64,000 bases of DNA from Trichosphaerium sp. ATCC 40318. Taxonomy: Eukaryota; Protista; Tubulinea. This document shows, in pieces, positions 12,326 to 26,293 of the stretch (its first letter is position 1; every line of letters starts with the position of its first letter). Location: the NCBI GenBank assembly GCA_038496445.1, contig JALMLS010000072.1, forward strand, positions 96,754 through 160,753, read 5' to 3'. The translations under genes and the position numbers were made by a program. The notes under the pieces are model-generated. The model saw nothing but the letters and a program-made list of their open reading frames with translations, had not been told where the DNA came from and made no database searches.

Positions 12326-15300
12326 TTACATTCCTAGCACGTTCTTACCTGTATTCAAATTCTTTAAATCTGTACTAGAATGAGTATTGACTATTGTGAA
12401 GGGAACAAGTTTATTACTTCTTTATGTATAATTTGACACCAGTAGAAGATACTTGATTTGACGTGCTGACCAACAAGTTAGCTAAAGACAAAAAGAAAAA
12501 GACTAAGTTACTGCACAGCATACCTTGTTTTGGTTTCTCCTTTTGAATTGAATCCTTTACAATACGGATCCGCATTACACATGACCATCAGTTGCTCAAC
12601 GTCCTTAATCCACATACCATGAAGTGTGTTACCAGAAACATCGGTGTTATCTTTTACCTCATACAAAGATGCAGAAGGACTGTATTTTTGCTCCTAAAAA
12701 TCCAGAAAAAAATTAGAAAACACGTGTTTGGTTATTTTGTCTTTGTTGGTGGATTTAAGGACGTACAAAGCTCTTTGCAATATCTAGAGGGTTACCAGTA
12801 GCAGTAGTTGGGAAAGATTTCTTTTCATGGTTCCATCCAATCTCAAAGTCTGATAACTCCTTGTTATACTTATCCTCATCAACAGGAACTCCAGATTTTA
12901 CAGCCTGAAGTAATGTCTTGTACCAAATGTTCCATCTTCCATAGTAGTAATCTAAACAACCGTATTAGTAACTAAGACTCTTTGTTTTGAAAAGTCGTAC
13001 CTGAGTATAATCCACTCCAAGCCTTGGAAGCATAATCGTTGATCTGGCCAGTAGGTCCCCTAATTTTTTTTTGATTAGTTGAAAGAGTACAATCTGATAA
13101 GAATAGTATTACCAAAGAGTTATTTGATTTCTTGCATTGAACTCCAATGCGTCTTTCTCTTCTGTAGTAGTACCGCCGCTATTTCTGGCGTTGTTGATCC
13201 ATCTGCCCAATAAGTAGTTGACATCTGAAGCAAGGATTGTATCAGTATCTTTTATGATATCCATTAATTTATCTCCAATTGATTTTAACTAGTTTTTGTT
13301 TATGATTAGGTTAACACGTGGTAAAATGTTGTTTCTATCACGTACTGCAATTGTAGTATTCGTTTTATTAGTTTCCCAATCTTGGTAATGAATACGGAAG
13401 AGGTAGTGCAAGTCGATGAATAAATCAATGAGAACTTGTCTGAACAAAAAAAAAAGATTAAAAAAAAGAAGACGAACAAAGCATTTGTTCCTTACCTCGT
13501 AATATCCACCAGATCGTAGTTGTACGGACCATTGATTTTTTTATAATCAGAAGAAGCCTTGATAATACTATGCCAAGCAGATACTATCTATAAAAAGTGT
13601 GAGCAATCCAAAAAAACCCCTGAAACAGCTAATATTTTTTTTGTTGGTAGAACTTACTCCTGTTGCATCAGGTTGTTCGTTAGAGTTTATTTTTATATTT
13701 GGCACGTGTTCAATAGGACTTAATGTAATTCCTTGATGGCTATAAGTGCTCTTGTAAAGTGTTTTCCAAGTAGAAGCAGCATTTGAAGAAACACCACCGT
13801 ATCTACTAATCTGGTATTGTTGTATCCATTGAGATACATTAAACTTGGCGTCACGCCATCCAACTTCCGTTGCAAGTTCATAAACAATAGGGCTATTAAA
13901 ATTAGTACTAAAATACCACGTGATAACAAGTACTTGTTCTCGATAGCCTCAGGAGTAATACCAGTACCAATAATTGTTGATTTAGCTAAAGATACAGTTA
14001 CATCAATAAAACTCCTCCATCGTTTCGAAAATACATACCTGCTATCGCATCCAAAGGACCGTTAGCTATTACATCTAATGGTCCATACAATGATCTTCTA
14101 CCGCCGAAATTATGAAGTGTACACCAAATGAAAGGCTACATAATAATTATAAATTAAAGAAAAAAAAGTAAGAAAAACAAAACGAAGAGCTGGGCTTACC
14201 TTTCCAAAATAGCTGCTTGTTTTAGACCATATAGGAACTTCTTCTGACCATAGATCAAGGATTATCATTTTATCGTCAGGGATGCTTCCAAGGTAGGCTT
14301 TGATTTCAGGAGATTTCCAAAACCCTTAGAGCTTGTTAGATACTACTGTAGTTGTCCGGCGATTTGTTTGGACGCTAGGCTAAGGAAATACGTGCCAGTG
14401 TCAGTAAATAACCATCCTTGCATGAGCCATACAGCATCAGGATCTGCTTCTTGTAGTGCGGTAAGAACACCTTTGCTTGAAGCTCCCAAATACCTTAACA
14501 CGTCAGAACGTCCTCGACCAGGCTTGACAGAAAAAGGAAAAAATTGACTTACGTTGGATCATTTGATTTCGGTCTCATTTCGTTGTAGGTATCAGCGTTG
14601 TAAATATGGTCTGTGCCATAGATTTGTGTCTATAATTATTAGATGGCCACATAAAATTTGAGACGAGGTAGGTACCTGAGCGTCAATGAAAACCTTGCCA
14701 ACTTTTGCGAATAATGGATCAGTAGGTTCAACTAAAAAGTCTGCACTGTTCGTTTGATTAAAACCAGCCCAGTTAGCATTTCTCGTAATATTAGACTTTG
14801 GGAAGAGCGTCTGAAATGCACGAGGAACATGACCTATCCAAAACTCTTGTCAGACAAAACAAAGCCACAACAACAGGATGAAGTTGATGTTTAGGTTAAT
14901 TATCCTCGTATCTTACCAGCAAAACCTGGCAAAACAGGGACCATTCCGAACTGTCGTGAACGTGTTAGAATTTGCTTTTGGAGCTGCATCTGGCCTTCTC
15001 TCCAATCAGGTAATAGAGGACCTGCCCAATGTTGAAGATTTCCCATACGATTCCAAGCAAGGAAGGCTGGGCCGCTGAAGAACTAATGATAAAAAAAGGT
15101 AAGAAAGTAGGTTCATTTGAGGAAGCTTTTTACATCCTGGACGTCTTCTTCTGTACATCCTAACTGCTTGAAAGTCTGCGCCCAGACATATTCTTGTCCA
15201 GTAAAGGATAACGGAAGGTTAATACCATGAAGAGCCTACATGAGTGGTTAAAAACCAACTTGACAAACCACAGCAAAATAGAGTTGGTACCATCCAATCT

Positions 15301-16337
15301 AACGATGCATTAGTGTCACATAAGTTTTATTAAAACCCGATCAAATACCGTACCTATTTCGCGTTCCCATCGCTTCCAATCCCACCATACGGCTGAGTAA
15401 CTAAGGAAGAGATGTTAGTGTTTTTTTGTGGATTCTCGAGACTGGAAATAAAAAAAGTTCTACAACTATTTCTTACCTCACCGTACAAACGTTCATGTAG
15501 TATCTCCATTTCACAGGAGCTACAACACTCTTCTTACCAGTCACAGATGGCAAAGGACTAGGTATATCCAAATTATCGCCTAAATAAGTTAATATAGTAA
15601 AACCTACAATAAACTGGTGACAAACTTGCCTGTGCCATCGTCACCCCACGTGACGCTTAAACCACAAGAATAGCGCATGTACTCATACAATCCAGACGCA
15701 AGGGCTACATAAAATAATAAACCACAACGCAGAAAATAACTACAACAAGCAAAGGACATCATCTTGTGTCTTTACTGATGAAAAAAGTTTTTCTCTTTTT
15801 AGTTTTCGTACCAACACCGCTACTTCCCTGTATAAGAACTCTATCGTGTTCAGGTGTAGTTATTTCGTAAACATCTTTACCCTTTTATCTCATTTGTAAG
15901 TACATGTGCACGTGTTTTTAAAAACGAAGTTACGGTTTGGAAAAAAAAGGAAAAATCAACCTCAACGAACAATCAAAAAAATGAAGATATGGACGTACTT
16001 GCGATTGAGGGATGATGGAATAGTTGAATTTCCCAGCAATTTGGTTACCTTTTTGTTTAAAACAAACGTTAGAGCTATAAAACACTACTGATAAAATATA
16101 TAGAGTGCTACGGCACTGTAGAGGTGGTTTTTATGAAAGTAATTCTTCGCAGTACCGAATAAGCGTTGTGTTAGGCCGATTACAGCGTCTACTTGTTCCT
16201 GAGGCGTCGCGGATGCTTTTAATCTATCTAAACTACTATTTGGCGTTAACGGCAATTTAATATGTTGTAGCTTGAAGTTTGTTTACGTACCATACGGCTG
16301 TGGCTACGAATAGCAGAAGCAATGCTGCTCTGAACAT
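12326..16337 (-). CDS. NAGLU: Alpha-N-acetylglucosaminidase (GH89), secreted/lysosomal, many exons
   Basis: Signal peptide [15 protein letters not shown]; motifs [94 protein letters not shown]. Confidence 0.95.
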
Positions 16338-16982
16338 TTGGAGTCCACTTTATGAATGGTCAACTGATTTAAAGAAAAATGTGTTCAGTTCGTTTGCTGT
16401 TGAATGTAGTACACAAAGACATTTCTGTGCGGGACTTTTAAGCCTAGAACAGATATTCACGTGATTGTTATTGTGAGGCCAATGCTATATCCAAGAAATA
16501 GAGCACAAGCGTTGAGCATGTTGGTGTATTCCATTCAGACCAAAAGGGGAAAACGGCAGTACAGTGAATACAACTTATTGTGATACTTTAGTTTGTATTG
16601 ATTGTTCTGAATGTGTTGGTACTTGATACTGCAAGGGAGATCACCTGAAAAAGAGAATGCGAATGGTGTTGAGCATGTATAATTTACAGGTTCAAAGTCA
16701 TCTCATGTGTGGAGCAAGAATGAGTAAAACAATTGGGATACATGTATCTGTTGAATAAATGTTTACATACCTTTTTGGACTACCTATACCCTAACATGAC
16801 ATCTCTAAGTACAACCAACGCTTTTCCCAACAACACAAATGTTACGAACTGCAAGCACGTGGTAGTTTATCAAGAACATTTTGTCAGGGAACATATTTAT
16901 TATTGGTAAGACTTTTCTAGTAAATGTTTAGAGGAAAAGATCTGATTATGCCATTGTTTATCTTGATATTGTAAAGGCGTAG

Positions 16983-17663
16983 TTATTCTAAATACACCAC
17001 CTTTTGTTCGTCATTTTCATAGTAAGAATGGTGTTTCAATTGGCCATAGATATCCCACTCCTTATGCTGTCCTACTTGCATACCATTATCACAATGACAT
17101 TCTTCAAGAAGTTGTCCGTTCTTATGCCAAAACTTAATTTCTCCATGTTGCTCATCATTGACGTAATTAGAATACCGCTGTAATACTCCACTAGCATACC
17201 ACTTTCTACTAAGTCCATTTAACTTACCATCAACATACTCACACGCTTCTTGTATTTGACCGTTTTCATACCAACGCTTATACACTCCATGAAGCTCATC
17301 GTGTTTCCAACATACCTGAGAAACAGTGTAATGATTCTTATAGTATAAAGGTGACCATCTAGCTTGGTTTTTGTCGCATTGTTGTGACGATTTCTCTTTA
17401 GATTTTTGGACCATCCACTTGCCATGTTTTCTCATTTTACTATCGAACCTAGTGGTTATTGCTGCGTGTCTTGATAGGATAGGCCACTTAAAGTATACTT
17501 CAAAGTCTAAATCACCGATACAGAGAAGTAACTCAACTGGAAGGTCTAACAGGCGCGTTTCAGAACTTTTTGGGAAGTTGTAAGTAGTTTTCTACGAAAG
17601 CTTGTTATTATATAACTGGATAGTTTCGTAAGGCTTATGGCATACTTTGGGTTTTGCGTCCAT
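16983..17663 (-). CDS. F-box-like + MORN-variant repeat protein, paralogue 2
   Basis: Short leader exon MDAKPK|gtatgc...ttcgtag|, then one exon: RLLDLPVELLLCIGDLDFEVYFKWPILSRHAAITTRFDSKMRKHGKW followed by MORN-variant repeats (ELHGVYKRWYENGQIQEACEYVDGKLNG). Confidence 0.8.
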
Positions 17664-18412
17664 ATTTGAAGCACCAATGTTGTAAACCACGTGGTTTTCA
17701 TAAATTTAAAGCTTACTCCTGTTGACTTGCTCTTGTTAAATTTGGGGTGAATAGTTGATTGATTGAAAGGGACTGAATATGCTTGTGATACCTTTGACTG
17801 CGTAGTAACTATGTCTGCAGTATGTAATAAACAGTTCGTAAGCCAATATGCACGGCGTACCTAAGCGGTAATATGGTGTTAATAGTGTTGCACGCACATC
17901 TACTTTGTGTTCTTCTTTTGGCATTGCGTTCTTAAGATCAAACCTTCAATGCTAATTTTTGTGAAGTCTCGATCTGTAGTGCTACAACGCAATTAGGCAT
18001 AATAGGTACTCCTGTTTTACAAGAAGAAGAAAAGAGGACTAATGCTATTCTCTTTTTTGAGTTAGTATTTGTTCATCACAGCAAGCGTTAACTAGCAAAT
18101 ATTTATATACCTGCTAGCACCAGTCAATCGAAATATGAGCTATGGAAATAGTGAAGGTTATTACTAATGAGAACTCAACACTTGGATTGTCATTAATCTT
18201 TTTAGTGTTTATCTGGGTCAACTCCATTGATCGTATTCTTGAAGAGACCTGATGTTCAACAGTAGTCAGAGTACTGAATGAAGTTGTTGTTCTATTCAAA
18301 ACATTGTATTTATTGTAGATATCTAAACTGTTACACAAACCAACCTTTCCAGTGATTGGTTTGATTGATGTATTCCTTGTGGGTAAAAAATACAACACTT
18401 CAAAGTAATCGT

Positions 18413-20213
18413 TTACAGAGCGTTTTTGCGCTTTGCTTTGATGACCTTGATACGTTCAATAGGACTGAATTCAAGCTCTTCTAATACATCTGAGGTGATG
18501 TCTCCAGGTTTGATACCTGATTCATTCATCAACGATCCAAGTTCTTGTGCTCTTGCACTTGAAATACCCAACGTCGCCAATGCTGATTGCCAATTAAATT
18601 TGGGAGTAGCGATTGATTGATTTTCTTGAGGTGGACAGAACTCCGACTAAATGAACAAATTAAATGTGAAGAAAATAAAATTAAAACAAGACACCTTTGT
18701 GTGAGCAACTGAAACATGAGGCTTGTCATTCCATGATTGTTGAGATAACAGTGACATATTGTAATTTGATGAAACAGATTCAACATTTAAGGTATCTACA
18801 TCAATTGGCAAGTGATGATTGTCAACCTAAATACCATGTGAGATAGGTGTGCTTGTTTTCCAGTACTTACATTGTTGATGTATTCATCTCGATTTTGTTG
18901 TATTTTAAAGGCTTCAAGGGTATTTTGAATGATATCTAGATGTTCAGGATCATCTCCAAACTTGGTGTAATCATGATTGGGATCAACCACAGCTTTTGAC
19001 AAGTACTTATCTTTTCTGTCTTCTTTTACCTCTGACTTCATTGCTTTCACAGCATCATCATTTTTATCTTTTGACGTTACTTTATCTGTTGCGGTTACTT
19101 TACTGACCGCTTTAAAGTGCTTAAGGATTGTTAGACAAAAAGAAAGACAAATAAGATTTCAAAGTACCTTTTGATAATTAGTGAATGTTAACTTTTGTGG
19201 CGTTGATTGACCATGTTCATTATTTCCACCTGTGACCAACTGAAAGTCATGAGATATTGCCAAGTAATCATGTGCTTTATTGGCAAACTCGACATATTTT
19301 CCAGGTAATTTTAGTGGTTTGTTTGATGAGAACGAACCAATCCATTTTCCACTGCCCCAACCAAACAAACAACCTTCATCATCAATCGCAAATGATGTAC
19401 ACACACCAGCGTGTACGGATTTGATGTTATTGAGTCCATGAATGATAGCCTGGGCATGCTTGTGGTCAGTGCCGAACCCAAGACGCCCATCCTGTTGACT
19501 CCAAAAGGAAATACTTGTCCTGACTTGAGGAGAACAAGTACATGACAATAACCAACAGCAATATCAGTGGCATCATCAATACTTGGAACACGTGAAATTG
19601 TCTTTGGTTTCAAGAATAATGATTTATCTTTTGCTTTATGTTTGGTTGTTCCCCAAAGAAAGATATGACCTGTTGATGTCATTGCTCCACTTACATAGCG
19701 ATTAGTTTGAATTTTGTTGACATGATCTAGACTTGTAATACGTTTCGGTGAGTTTACTTTCTCCTTGTCGAATGAATGGCCCAATCCATCCCATCTGTTG
19801 TCTCCCCAAGAGTAGACATGACCTGATTGTGATAACGCCATACTCGCATAATAAGCAGAGACTTTCGTGATATTGTTGAGATATGGAACACGTGTTGGTG
19901 ACGAAACAGGTGACTTGAAGTGGCCCAGACCCAATGACCCATTAAAATTGTATCCCCATGAATACATAATACCGTTTGAATCAACTGCAAGGCTATGAAG
20001 GGATCCAGCAGCAATACAGACGATATTTAGGAGTGACTTAATTGGTCTTGCGATAGGACTCGTATTTTCGTCTGTGTTACCCAATTGGCGGCAATAGTTT
20101 TGTCCCCACGTGTAAACAAAGCCATCGTCTGCGATTACCATTGAATGTTTGTAACCAGAGGCCAAACGGTTAATATATTGTAATCTAACCGACGAAGTTT
20201 GCGGCTCTGCCAT
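18413..20213 (-). pseudogene. RCC1-repeat protein with C-terminal SAM-like domain; one frameshift at ~19493 (pseudogene or sequencing error)
   Basis: RCC1 repeats (IAAGSLHSLAVDSNGIMYSWGYNFNGSLGLG). The frame changes at FGVN/xDGRLGFG. Three clean GT-AG introns downstream lead to WQSALATLGISSARAQELGSLMNESGIKPGDITSDVLEELEFSPIERIKVIKAKRKNAL*. Confidence 0.75.
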
Positions 20214-20522
20214 TACTGAAGAACTGATTTATCTTGATAAAAATCCAATCAGGCGGTTGGAAAATTAACTCCTTCAGGTACGGGTTTTGTTACCGAGCAG
20301 ACAATAAATTCGCACTCGCATCGTATATTAAGTTACACTAGACTGCTTAACCAGAGTCGCAGTTTATCCTACTGCCAACGGGTTGACTACTTTAGGAGGA
20401 GTTGAAGCACTTAAAACTCGTGCAAACTGAATGCAATAAATAAAATAGTTGTTGTTAGCTACATTGTCCATCGTATCACCCCTTATGTTGTACCATTAGT
20501 TCTGTTTAAAAACTAAGAGTAC

Positions 20523-20722
20523 CTATATATTAGAAGGTTAACAGTATTGTGCAAAACTGGGATAAACTCCCATGAATAGGTGAAGTTTTCAAATGGATTT
20601 TCTTCTGCAGTGTCTTCAGTAAACTGCCGTTCTCTTAAGAAACGCCTATCAACTTTTGAAGGTGGAATACCTGTTTTTGCTTCTCTAGTATTTAAGACAT
20701 CAAATGCGGCATCCGTTGTTTC
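20523..20722 (-). other. Orphan coding-like exon
   Basis: ctag|...AG|gtactc bounded 200-nt open frame ETTDAAFDVLNTREAKTGIPPSKVDRRFLRERQFTEDTAEENPFENFTYSWEFIPVLHNTVNLLIY; no partner exons found. Confidence 0.35.
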
Positions 20723-20962
20723 CTAGTCTTACGTTAGATTGTACAACTCTCATTATCTGTTAATCCCGTTTAGTATGGGTTAAATTTATATAGTTGCATA
20801 GTATATTCATATCACGTGCATTGAATTATACTACCTATATATTTGTATACGTCTATATATACGAAGAGTAGTAATTAGATATTTTTACATGTTTTTATTA
20901 CGGTCTTTTACAAAGGTTCTTTGTTTTTGGGATTTTTTTTTTCAAAAGGTTTTTTTTTTTCA

Positions 20963-23900
20963 TTACGGAGGTAAGCAAACTTCATCGCCATCTTGGAATT
21001 CTTTAGAAGCAGTCTGACCTTCCAGAGAGAAAACAATATTTAGTTTCGCCTTCTTCCTACTGCGTCCCAAGTCAGGAAACCCAGATATCGTGCTCTTTGT
21101 CCCAGATTTAATGTGAAGCCTTCCAGTACCCTAAAACGAAGAAAAAAAAATCAGCAAAGCAAAACCAAAGTACATAAAAGTTGAAGAGAAATAAAAGCAT
21201 TGTTGCCAAATAGTAAACATATTAAGGACACAAATGAAGAAACAAGGAGTAAAGTAGTGTTTTTTTTTGAATCATAAAAATCACTTTCTTTTTTTTCCTT
21301 TTTTTCTTTTTTTTCAGTTCGTTGGTTTACCTGTTGGTTCATTATATCTTTTAATACTTTAGTTACATCTGTTTGCCGTTCACCAATACCATACGTTGCT
21401 GTAAGTATAACAAGACCATTATCCTCAAGTTTATCAAGCATAAGATCTGCATTAAGCAAGAAAGTATCAAGTGCTGTTTTGATATCATTAAACAATGATT
21501 TAATCTCAGGGCTATCAATAACCCAACTTCCTTTCTGAGTCTTTATCTCCAAATGCTCTAAAACAAAAAGAATCAAAAATCACGTGACTTTACAACATAA
21601 CAAAAACAATAAAGAAATGATCGAGAATTTCCTCCAAGCGGTCAAGAAGACAAGAAAAAAACCGTAAAATGAAGTTCATCAACCAAAAGAAAAATCACGT
21701 GATTTATCGGAAATTCACAAGCACGAAAAAAAAGGAGTATAAGACTTACGGCCCATGGAAACTTCAATGAGAGGAGAGAAATGCATCATAACCTTGAGAT
21801 TATAAGTATTCTTTTTCTTAACCTTGACTTCTTCTGCGATTATTATCGAATCATTAAAAAGCCAAATTCTAGCTCTGAATGGCTTAGCTGATGGGGGAGA
21901 AGCCATCACAGCGCCATCTCGGATATACAGACGATCCCTCTTTGTTGACAACTCCTATACAATTGTCAATCACTTGCAAGTTTTCAAAAGACATACTGTG
22001 TCGCCTGCGCTAACTAAGATTTCTTCAATGTCTCTAAGCTTGTTTCTGTTATCTGCTACTCGTTTCGTATCATTCAGATGTTTATTCAATGCTTGAACCT
22101 TCTCCTGAGCCTTAATCAAATCACCATAATCAGAATGAGACTCTTCTGTGAACTTCAAAAGCTCCTAAACAAAAAAACCTGTTAATGGATTTTCTTTCAA
22201 ATCCTTCTAGCAACACTTACTCTGAATAACAATTGGTATCGCGGTAACCTTTGAACTGGCATAATCAATAAACTCTCTAGATCAAGCCTAGATTTTGATT
22301 TCGCTCGACAAGCCTAAAAGAAAAGCGTGAGTAAACCAAAAAAAAAACCCCAAAAAAGTAACTCACATCCAGAAAGTGTTTGAATTTCGATGCTGAAGAA
22401 CGTGTCTTTTCAAGCTTCTTGTACGAGATCATAGCTTGATCATATCCATTAACGTATGTAGAATAAATAGGCATCATAGGTAACTAATAATGCGCATTAG
22501 AGAACAAAAAAAAAAGACAATCAAGACGAACCATATCAAGGAAAATATCACCAACTTTAGTAGTTGTTGGCCACATCTTCAACCGAGCTTCAAGTGCATC
22601 ACGCAGTTGTACATTAAGCTGATATAATGTTTCCATTGAACTGAATAAATCATGAATCTGAGCAGGTGTGATCCATGAATGTGACTTGGATCGAAGAGGC
22701 TTGAGATAAAACTACACGGAAAACATTAAAAAAACGAAAAAAAAAACTGTACTCACTTCAATACAGATTTGAAGGTTCTCAACATAGGCTTGCTCTGTTT
22801 GCAACAGCTCAAATAAAATCTTAGCACGCTGTCTAAGCTCTTTAGAAGACTTAGAAGCCTTATAATCGACAACTAAATGTACAATAAGCAAAAAAAAAAA
22901 CACATATAAAACAAAAACTGGTACCAAGCTTATTAACATAATCACGTGTAACCCAAGAAACGATAAAGTTTTGAAGCTTTGCAATCTTGGCCATATCATA
23001 GTCACCAGATGATTGCTTTGATTTAAAACCAACTGGTCTAAGTACGCCTGATTGCCTAACAGCCTCTTGCTCGTCCTTAAGACTCATCTCAAGCTAAAAA
23101 ACAGAATAAGCAAATGTTGTGATCAAACTGGCTTACCTCTTTTTTTTCAGGTTTAGGCTTCTTTTTAGGCGTTGAAGGTAATGGTCTTACTTCCTTTTTC
23201 TTTACAGGAAATACTGAGAATGCTGTCATACGTCTACTATCATTCTCATTAATGCGGAGTTGTTGTAAACCGCGGACAACAGAGGAAAGTGTAAAGTTAA
23301 CAGCAAGCGCGTGTTGCTTGATTTTCTCAGCGCGTTGCTTAGGAGGTAGTTTAGATTCAGAAGCCTCTGGGTTTGTTAATAGATGTGCTGCATCTAACAG
23401 AGCTTTTACAGCATTTCTGCAAAAGACATGAGATAAAGAAATCAACTTCTAAAAAAAAATGTACCCAAACTGAGCAGCGCATGAAGAAATGTTTGTATGA
23501 ACATCTGCTTCAAGCTCTAGTGAGTTATCTCCAAGTAGATTAACAACCTTATCAGTTCTACTCTTTGTGATCTCCAAAGATTTATCAAAAAGGGACCTAT
23601 AGACACTACTTTAGACCAAACAAATAAAAAGTAATCAGAAAAAAAACCAAGTCATACCTAGCTTCTTTTGTTGTCATTATACCCTCATGCTGTTCATTCA
23701 CCATACGAAGCACACGTTTAGAACTCTGTGCAACATACTTACAACATTCTAGAAGAGTAGCATAGAAGCTATCTTGATCCTGCTTCCTCTGCTGTCTCTC
23801 TTCTTCAAGGTCTTTTCTTTCTGCTAACTCTCTTTGTGCCTTCTCTTCAGCTAACTTCTTCTCCCTCAATTTCTTTGCTTTTAGCTTAATAGCTCTCTCT

Positions 23901-25832
23901 CGTGCTGCTTCTTCTTCTTTCTTTGCCCTTTGTCTTGCTTCACGCTCCTTACGACGCTTTTCTTCTTGTTCTTTTTGCTTTCTCTGCTTATCTGCTGCAG
24001 CTTGTCTAGTCTTCGCTTTTTGTGCTTCTATACGTTTCTTTATAGCCGCTTCTTCATCGTCAGCTTGTTGTTGCTGTTGTCGCTGTTGTTGAGCACGTAA
24101 ATTAGCTTCTCTTTGTTCTTGTTCTTGTCGTTTTTTGTATGGATTTTCACTTGGAAAAGATCAGCAATTTGGTTTAACAAATAAAGGTATAGTACGTTGG
24201 CAAGTTCATCTTGTTGACCATATGTGCTGCAAATTCTTGCGTATTAGCTTTTGGCGCATGTCTGTTATGTGAAGGAGAGCTATGAGGTGATTGATGTTTC
24301 TGTACAGGCCTCGCTTGAGGAATATTTTGATAGCGCTCAGCCTGCAATTTCTGAAATAAAAAATAAATACAAAAATTATACTCCTTCATCTTTACCTGTT
24401 GTAACAACGCTTGTTGTGCCGGGGAAATATTTGAAGCATTAGTTGGTGGTGCAGTATATCTAGGCCGAGCAACAGGCTAATAAACATAAGTGAGCAGGTA
24501 ACGTTAAAGATAAAGAACAAAAACCAAAAAAGTATCATATTTTCAATAAGAAAAGTCACTTACCACGTTGCTGTAGGCAGTAGATGGTGGAGGATTATTA
24601 ACTGTATTAGGAGGCCATTGGCCTGGAGAACCTGCGTTGTAGTGCGATAGATTATTATACGCTGGTGGGTGTCCACCGTTATTGTTTAAGTGACTGTGCG
24701 CTGTATTATTATAACCTGTGTTGTAGTTGGCAGTAGGAGCTACGAAAATGTCATTATAAATTTGTTTGAACAATTCGTCGGCAAGACAAGCCAAAATAAA
24801 TGCTTGTTGAAACAAAAAAAAAATATGTTCTGTGTTGTTACCTGGACTCCAGTTTTGATTTGGTGGTACTGCTGATTGTGTATTTACTGGAGGTACTACT
24901 GACTGTGTTGGTTCAACATAACCGCTTTGATTGGTCGCTATAACGTTGGTCAAAGGCTTAAATAAAAATAATAAAAAACACAAAAAAAGAAATAAATTAA
25001 ACGACTTTTTGAGGGAAATTGTAGAGTTCGAGAAAGTGACTTACAGGACCAATGAGCTGGTGGAGGGACTGCACTCCTTGTGCCATACAATGAAGCGTTG
25101 TTCGAGGCATAGTTTGGATACCTACAAGGCGTCATAAGGCGAGTTAATCCGGCTAGGGAAAAATATTTTTGCGGATTTTCTTTTATCAAAAAACCCGAAT
25201 TAAGCGCTACTGCGGTAATTACTGGACAAGTGGTTTGCAATTTACTTCGCGTTTCGGGTATGGACGCATATTTATGGGTGTTGTAATAAAATGAAACATT
25301 TTGTTTTCCACAGTTGGTGCAGACTGAAAGACGTAATTTCTGACTTTGAAGCGGTCAGTACGGCGGTACGTACGGTTGTGCTGCATTTGGTGATGTATGA
25401 AATGATCCTACTGGTGGTACAGCCGAACTTGTGTAGGCTAAGGAGGAATCAGCGCAAGATTATTGGGAGGTTGTTTTTAAGCGCTCTTGCGTGAATAAAA
25501 GGAAATGAAGCGATGTTAACCGATTGATGAGGGTAAACAATTCCGTGAGTGTCCGTGGATGTACGTACAAGGTGCACCAGGCGATGTGTTGAATTGTGAT
25601 GATGTATAATTCGCTGGAGGTACAGCTGTGCTGTACGCGGTGCTCGTAGCGTTGTAATTGGGTTGGTTATTATACTGGTTATAATTAGGCTGAAATACGT
25701 TAGTCTTACGTTTACTGGCAAAAACGCTTACTTGTTGATTATTTGGCGTGTATCCAGTGTTATACGCTACAGCAAGTCAATAAAACGGAAATCTTAAAGG
25801 TACTATTATCCCGTACGATAATTGTTAGACAT
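20963..25832 (-). CDS. Large DH-PH RhoGEF: Pro/Asn/Gln-rich N-terminus, coiled coil, helical bundle, IQ-like motif, C-terminal DUF3395-like domain
   Basis: DH: RAKILFELLQTEQAYVENL, PIYSTYVNGYD, LIMPVQRLPRYQL, FTEESHSDYGDL. PH: RLYIRDG..RIWLFNDSIIIA. C-terminus: GLVILTATYG..DVT..KSTISGFPD. Confidence 0.9.
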
Positions 25833-26293
25833 ACCGCCTAACGGTGTTGTCTTTTTGATTTTCAACGCGTTTTTTCGTGTTGTAAACCTTTTGTTCTATC
25901 AATGATTCACTTTTTAAAGCATGAAACTTCATATGGTCGCAGTTATTCTTCGAGCCTTCTCGTGAAGCTAGTGCGCTCTAGGGCTTTATAATTACCCCTA
26001 TTCAGTGTTTTGACGCACTTTAAAAGAAAAACAATAACCCCTATCAGTAAAGACCACGTGACGAAAAAGAAAACCAATTGTGAGTAAAAGAAACCAAGCT
26101 TTAGTGTTTGACAGCTGTGAATACAATTTGTACTTAAGCTTGGCTTGAGGAGAATTCACGTTGCCCTTAATTGATCCTTACCTTTTCAGTTCTATACATT
26201 CCCAATAGCGCATACGTGGTTATTCTACAAGCAGAGAACAATTCCCAAAGTTTGCAATCAGTTAGTTATATTGTTTATGCACGCCAACTGCAA

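Noticed and set aside
16440-16760. Cys-rich frame (CDTLVCIDCSEC) between NAGLU and paralogue 2
   Set aside because: Short and stop-interrupted; too weak to assign.
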